Shown: piece by piece, positions 6,099 through 8,689 of the stretch
Position numbering within the stretch: position 1 is the first letter of the stretch
Layout of the letters: the number at the start of each line of letters is the position of its first letter
Source: an uncultured Vicingus sp.
GTDB taxonomy: Bacteria > Bacteroidota > Bacteroidia > Flavobacteriales_E > Vicingaceae
Direction of reading: 5' to 3'
Assembly (NCBI GenBank): GCA_964422135.1
Contig: CAYRAD010000003.1
Span: 15,973 to 24,661 of the forward strand
DNA: 8,689 bases
Made by a program: the position numbers and the translations under genes
The notes under the pieces: model-generated
The model's database searches: none
The model's input: only the letters and a program-made list of their open reading frames with translations
Told to the model about the DNA's origin: nothing

Positions 6099-8689
6099 TG
6101 GAAAACAAAGTAGTTGACATATTAACTTCTTATTCCACTCCTCACAAAGTGAGTGCAATTGGTAACGAAGCTATTGCTAGAGGTGCTATTGAGGCTGGAG
6201 TTAATGGTGTTTTCTCCTATCCAGGCACACCATCTACTGAGATTTCAGAAATCTTTAACCTAGTTAGTAATCATCAGATTGCTGAGAATGTAGAGGATGC
6301 TACTTATTTTGAATACAGCATCAACGAGAAAATTGCTTTAGAAAAAGCCATTGCCTTTTCAATAGGAAATAAAAGTGCTTTGTGTGTGATGAAAAATGTG
6401 GGAATGAATGTTGCTTCCGACCCATTAATGTCTATCACTTATCAAACCATTATTGCACCATTAGTCATTATCGTTTGTGATGATCCTGGTTGTCACTCTA
6501 GTTCTAACGAGCAAGATTCTAGGTATTGGGGAAATATGGCTTCAGTGCCAGTTTTTAACCCTGCTACTCCAAAGGATGCTTACGAAATGACAAAGCAAGC
6601 ATTTAAGCTTTCAGCAGAATTGAGATTACCCGTTATTGTAAGAACAACCACTCGTGTTTCACATACTAGAGGAATGTTAGCGTACAATGAAATAAATACA
6701 GATAACAGAGAAGCCCATTTTGATAGAATGCCTGAGCACATTAATATTCCAGCTCGTACAGCAGCAGCTCATCAAAAATTACTCAATAAATTACACAGCG
6801 AAACAGTTGAACCTTTCTTCAAGCAATTCAATAGAATAATATTGAATAACAAGGGTAAATTAGGAATAATCAGTAGTGGAGTTGCAACAACTTATCTGTT
6901 AGAAATCATCAAACGAAACGAATTAGAAAATCAAGTTCAGCTATTAGATTTAGGTTTAATCTTTCCTTTTCCAGAACAAGATGTATTAACATTTTTACAA
7001 AAAGGAGTTGAAAAAGTGATGGTGGTTGAAGAATTAGATCCCATTATTGAAAATGCTGTTAGAAATAGTGTTCAAAAAAATAATCTGAACTGTCAGATTG
7101 TAGGAAAACAAGAAAGCAGTTTAAGTACTACAGGGGAATTTACTTTAGGTCAAATAGATAAAGCCATAGCGAATTTCTTTGAAATAGAAACAGTAGGAAA
7201 AGAAGGATTGAATGATGTTGCAGCTTATGATGAGAACTTACCTCCACGACCACCGGCTTTATGCTCAGGTTGTCCACACCGAGCAAGTTATTATGCATTA
7301 AAACTAATTGTTCCTCAGAAAAATTCACTTTCAGGAGAGGGAGTTCATGATACTATATTATGTGGAGATATTGGTTGCTCAGGATTGGGAGCCTTGCCAC
7401 CATTAAAAATGATTGATACCATTAACCATATGGGAATGAGCATTTCCATGGCTCAGGGACTTTCTCAAGCATTAAATACTAATTCTCCCCCTTTAGGAGA
7501 GATGTCCGAAGGACAGAAGGGGACTAAAGTGGTAGCTATGTTGGGTGATGGCACTTTTTTTCACTCTGGAATATCCTCTTTATTGAATGCGGTCTATACC
7601 AAAACTAATATGTTGGTCATTATTTTTGATAATAGAACCATCGGAATGACGGGGCATCAGGATCATCCCGGGGCTACTCACCAAGACAAATATCACGAAA
7701 TTGAAATTGAGCCTTTAGTGAAAGGAATGGGGGTGGAATTTGTAGAAACACTGATGCCTTTCGATATGAAAGATACCTATAAGAAAGTGGAAGACGCAAT
7801 GGCTCAAGAAGGTGTTTCAGTTTTAGTCTCAAAAGCACCATGTGTTTTCTTGCCCGATTATATCAACTACACCAAGCAAGATTCAAAAATTATTATTGAC
7901 CATAGCCGGTGCAATACTTGTCATAATCATGCTGATAGTGAAATTATTTGCTCAAAAATGGCAAATTCCAATTCGAGTTTAACTCGGGCTATTGCTAAAA
8001 TTAAAGCCGAGAAAAGAGTAGATTCTAAAGATCAAGCATGCCCGGCAAACATTTGTAACCATGGCTTCTTTAATTCAATTTTAGAAAAAGATTACAAAAC
8101 TGCATTGAATATGGTTAGGGATAAACTGTTGTTTTCACGAACCTGTGGAGATATCTGTCATAGACCATGCGAATTGTTCTCCAATCATGAATCAGATTCT
8201 ACAATTCCAATTAAGCAGTTAAAGAAATTTGTTTCAAACATCGATGAGAATTTTGAAGATTTTTCCACAACATTTTTACAAGTAGAAAATGCAACAAAAA
8301 AAGACAAAAACATAGCAATAATAGGAGCTGGACCTGCCGGATTAAGTGCTGCTTACGATTTAATACGAACAGGATATAAGGTAACCGTTTTTGAGAAAGA
8401 AGCTGAAGCAGGTGGCTTAATTAAGTATGTGATTCCTGATTTTAGAATGGATAAAAAAGGATTTGATTTTGAAGTTGGACAGCTTGCAAAAATGGGTGTT
8501 CAATTTAACTTCAATACTTCGCTTGGAAAAGATATTTATTTGGACGAACTATCGAATCAATATGATGGATTAATCATTGCACTGGGATTAGGAAAATCAA
8601 AAGAACTGGATATTATTAAATCAGTTTCAGATGAACAGAAATTTGATGCGTTGACCTTTCTTATAGCATACAATCACATATCTCCAACT
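6098..8689 (+). CDS. IorA-type TPP-dependent 2-oxoacid oxidoreductase fused to a GltD/NfnB-like Fe-S + FAD/NAD(P)H oxidoreductase module, 3'-partial
   Basis: This ORF is not in the supplied track. I translated frame 2 from ATG 6098 to nt 8689 as 864 codons with no stop. IorA hallmarks are GNEAIARGAIEAGVNGVFSYPGTPSTEI, RPPALCSGCPHR (around 7247-7282) and the TPP motif GDGTFFHSG...IIFDNRTIGMTGHQ (GDG at 7544-7552). From about residue 605 (nt 7910) there are eight Cys in a GltD-like N-terminal arrangement, including ACPANICNHGFF and SRTCGDICHRPCE. A dinucleotide-binding fold follows: NIAIIGAGPAGLSAAYDLIRTGYKVTVFEKEAEAGGLIKYVIPDFRM (from 8309). The ORF continues beyond the window. Confidence 0.87.
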   Translation, partial: MENKVVDILTSYSTPHKVSAIGNEAIARGAIEAGVNGVFSYPGTPSTEISEIFNLVSNHQIAENVEDATYFEYSINEKIALEKAIAFSIGNKSALCVMKNVGMNVASDPLMSITYQTIIAPLVIIVCDDPGCHSSSNEQDSRYWGNMASVPVFNPATPKDAYEMTKQAFKLSAELRLPVIVRTTTRVSHTRGMLAYNEINTDNREAHFDRMPEHINIPARTAAAHQKLLNKLHSETVEPFFKQFNRIILNNKGKLGIISSGVATTYLLEIIKRNELENQVQLLDLGLIFPFPEQDVLTFLQKGVEKVMVVEELDPIIENAVRNSVQKNNLNCQIVGKQESSLSTTGEFTLGQIDKAIANFFEIETVGKEGLNDVAAYDENLPPRPPALCSGCPHRASYYALKLIVPQKNSLSGEGVHDTILCGDIGCSGLGALPPLKMIDTINHMGMSISMAQGLSQALNTNSPPLGEMSEGQKGTKVVAMLGDGTFFHSGISSLLNAVYTKTNMLVIIFDNRTIGMTGHQDHPGATHQDKYHEIEIEPLVKGMGVEFVETLMPFDMKDTYKKVEDAMAQEGVSVLVSKAPCVFLPDYINYTKQDSKIIIDHSRCNTCHNHADSEIICSKMANSNSSLTRAIAKIKAEKRVDSKDQACPANICNHGFFNSILEKDYKTALNMVRDKLLFSRTCGDICHRPCELFSNHESDSTIPIKQLKKFVSNIDENFEDFSTTFLQVENATKKDKNIAIIGAGPAGLSAAYDLIRTGYKVTVFEKEAEAGGLIKYVIPDFRMDKKGFDFEVGQLAKMGVQFNFNTSLGKDIYLDELSNQYDGLIIALGLGKSKELDIIKSVSDEQKFDALTFLIAYNHISPT

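Noticed and set aside
7140-7328. A 62-aa minus-strand ORF.
   Set aside because: It is antisense inside the long IorA-like ORF, right over the conserved RPPALCSGCPHR region of the + strand.
8310-8322. A 13-nt exact direct repeat, ACATAGCAATAAT, shared between nt 1-13 and 8310-8322 (16 nt with one mismatch).
   Set aside because: Both copies encode the same IAIIG beta-strand peptide (thiolase N-terminus and Rossmann fold) with the same preferred codons. Coding convergence explains it, with no flanking repeat structure.

Overview
The window is low-GC DNA (about one third G+C by eye). Start codons have A-rich leaders and no Shine-Dalgarno, which together with an ORF6N gene suggests Bacteroidota (Flavobacteriia-like). 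I can support seven genes, all on the + strand and tightly packed (gaps of 2, 21, 41, 95, 66 and -1 nt), so they look like one operon-like block. In order they are: (1) a 5'-truncated SCP2/SCPx-type thiolase, whose true start lies upstream of the window, not at the ORF-track Met at 186; (2) a signal-peptide protein of unknown family with beta-barrel-like strand periodicity; (3) an ORF6N (KilA-N-related) DNA-binding protein that looks like a passenger wedged into the operon and is bracketed by the only three GAATTC motifs in the window; (4) and (5) a split coenzyme-B12 acyl-CoA mutase, with the small B12-binding subunit before the large substrate-binding subunit; (6) a family III (CaiB/BaiF/AMACR-type) CoA-transferase; (7) an ORF missing from the supplied track because it runs off the 3' edge (6098 to 8689, 864 codons, no stop), in which an IorA-type TPP 2-oxoacid oxidoreductase is fused in frame to a GltD/NfnB-like Fe-S plus FAD/NAD(P)H module. 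I saw no tRNA, rRNA, CRISPR array, transposase or integrase. The best candidate for an undescribed system is metabolic, not defence. It combines a mutase whose near-invariant active-site segment is replaced by six glycines, a CoA-transferase, an SCP2-thiolase and a self-contained NAD(P)-linked 2-oxoacid oxidoreductase fusion, possibly with a dedicated envelope protein. All family assignments come from motif recognition by eye, with no database search run.
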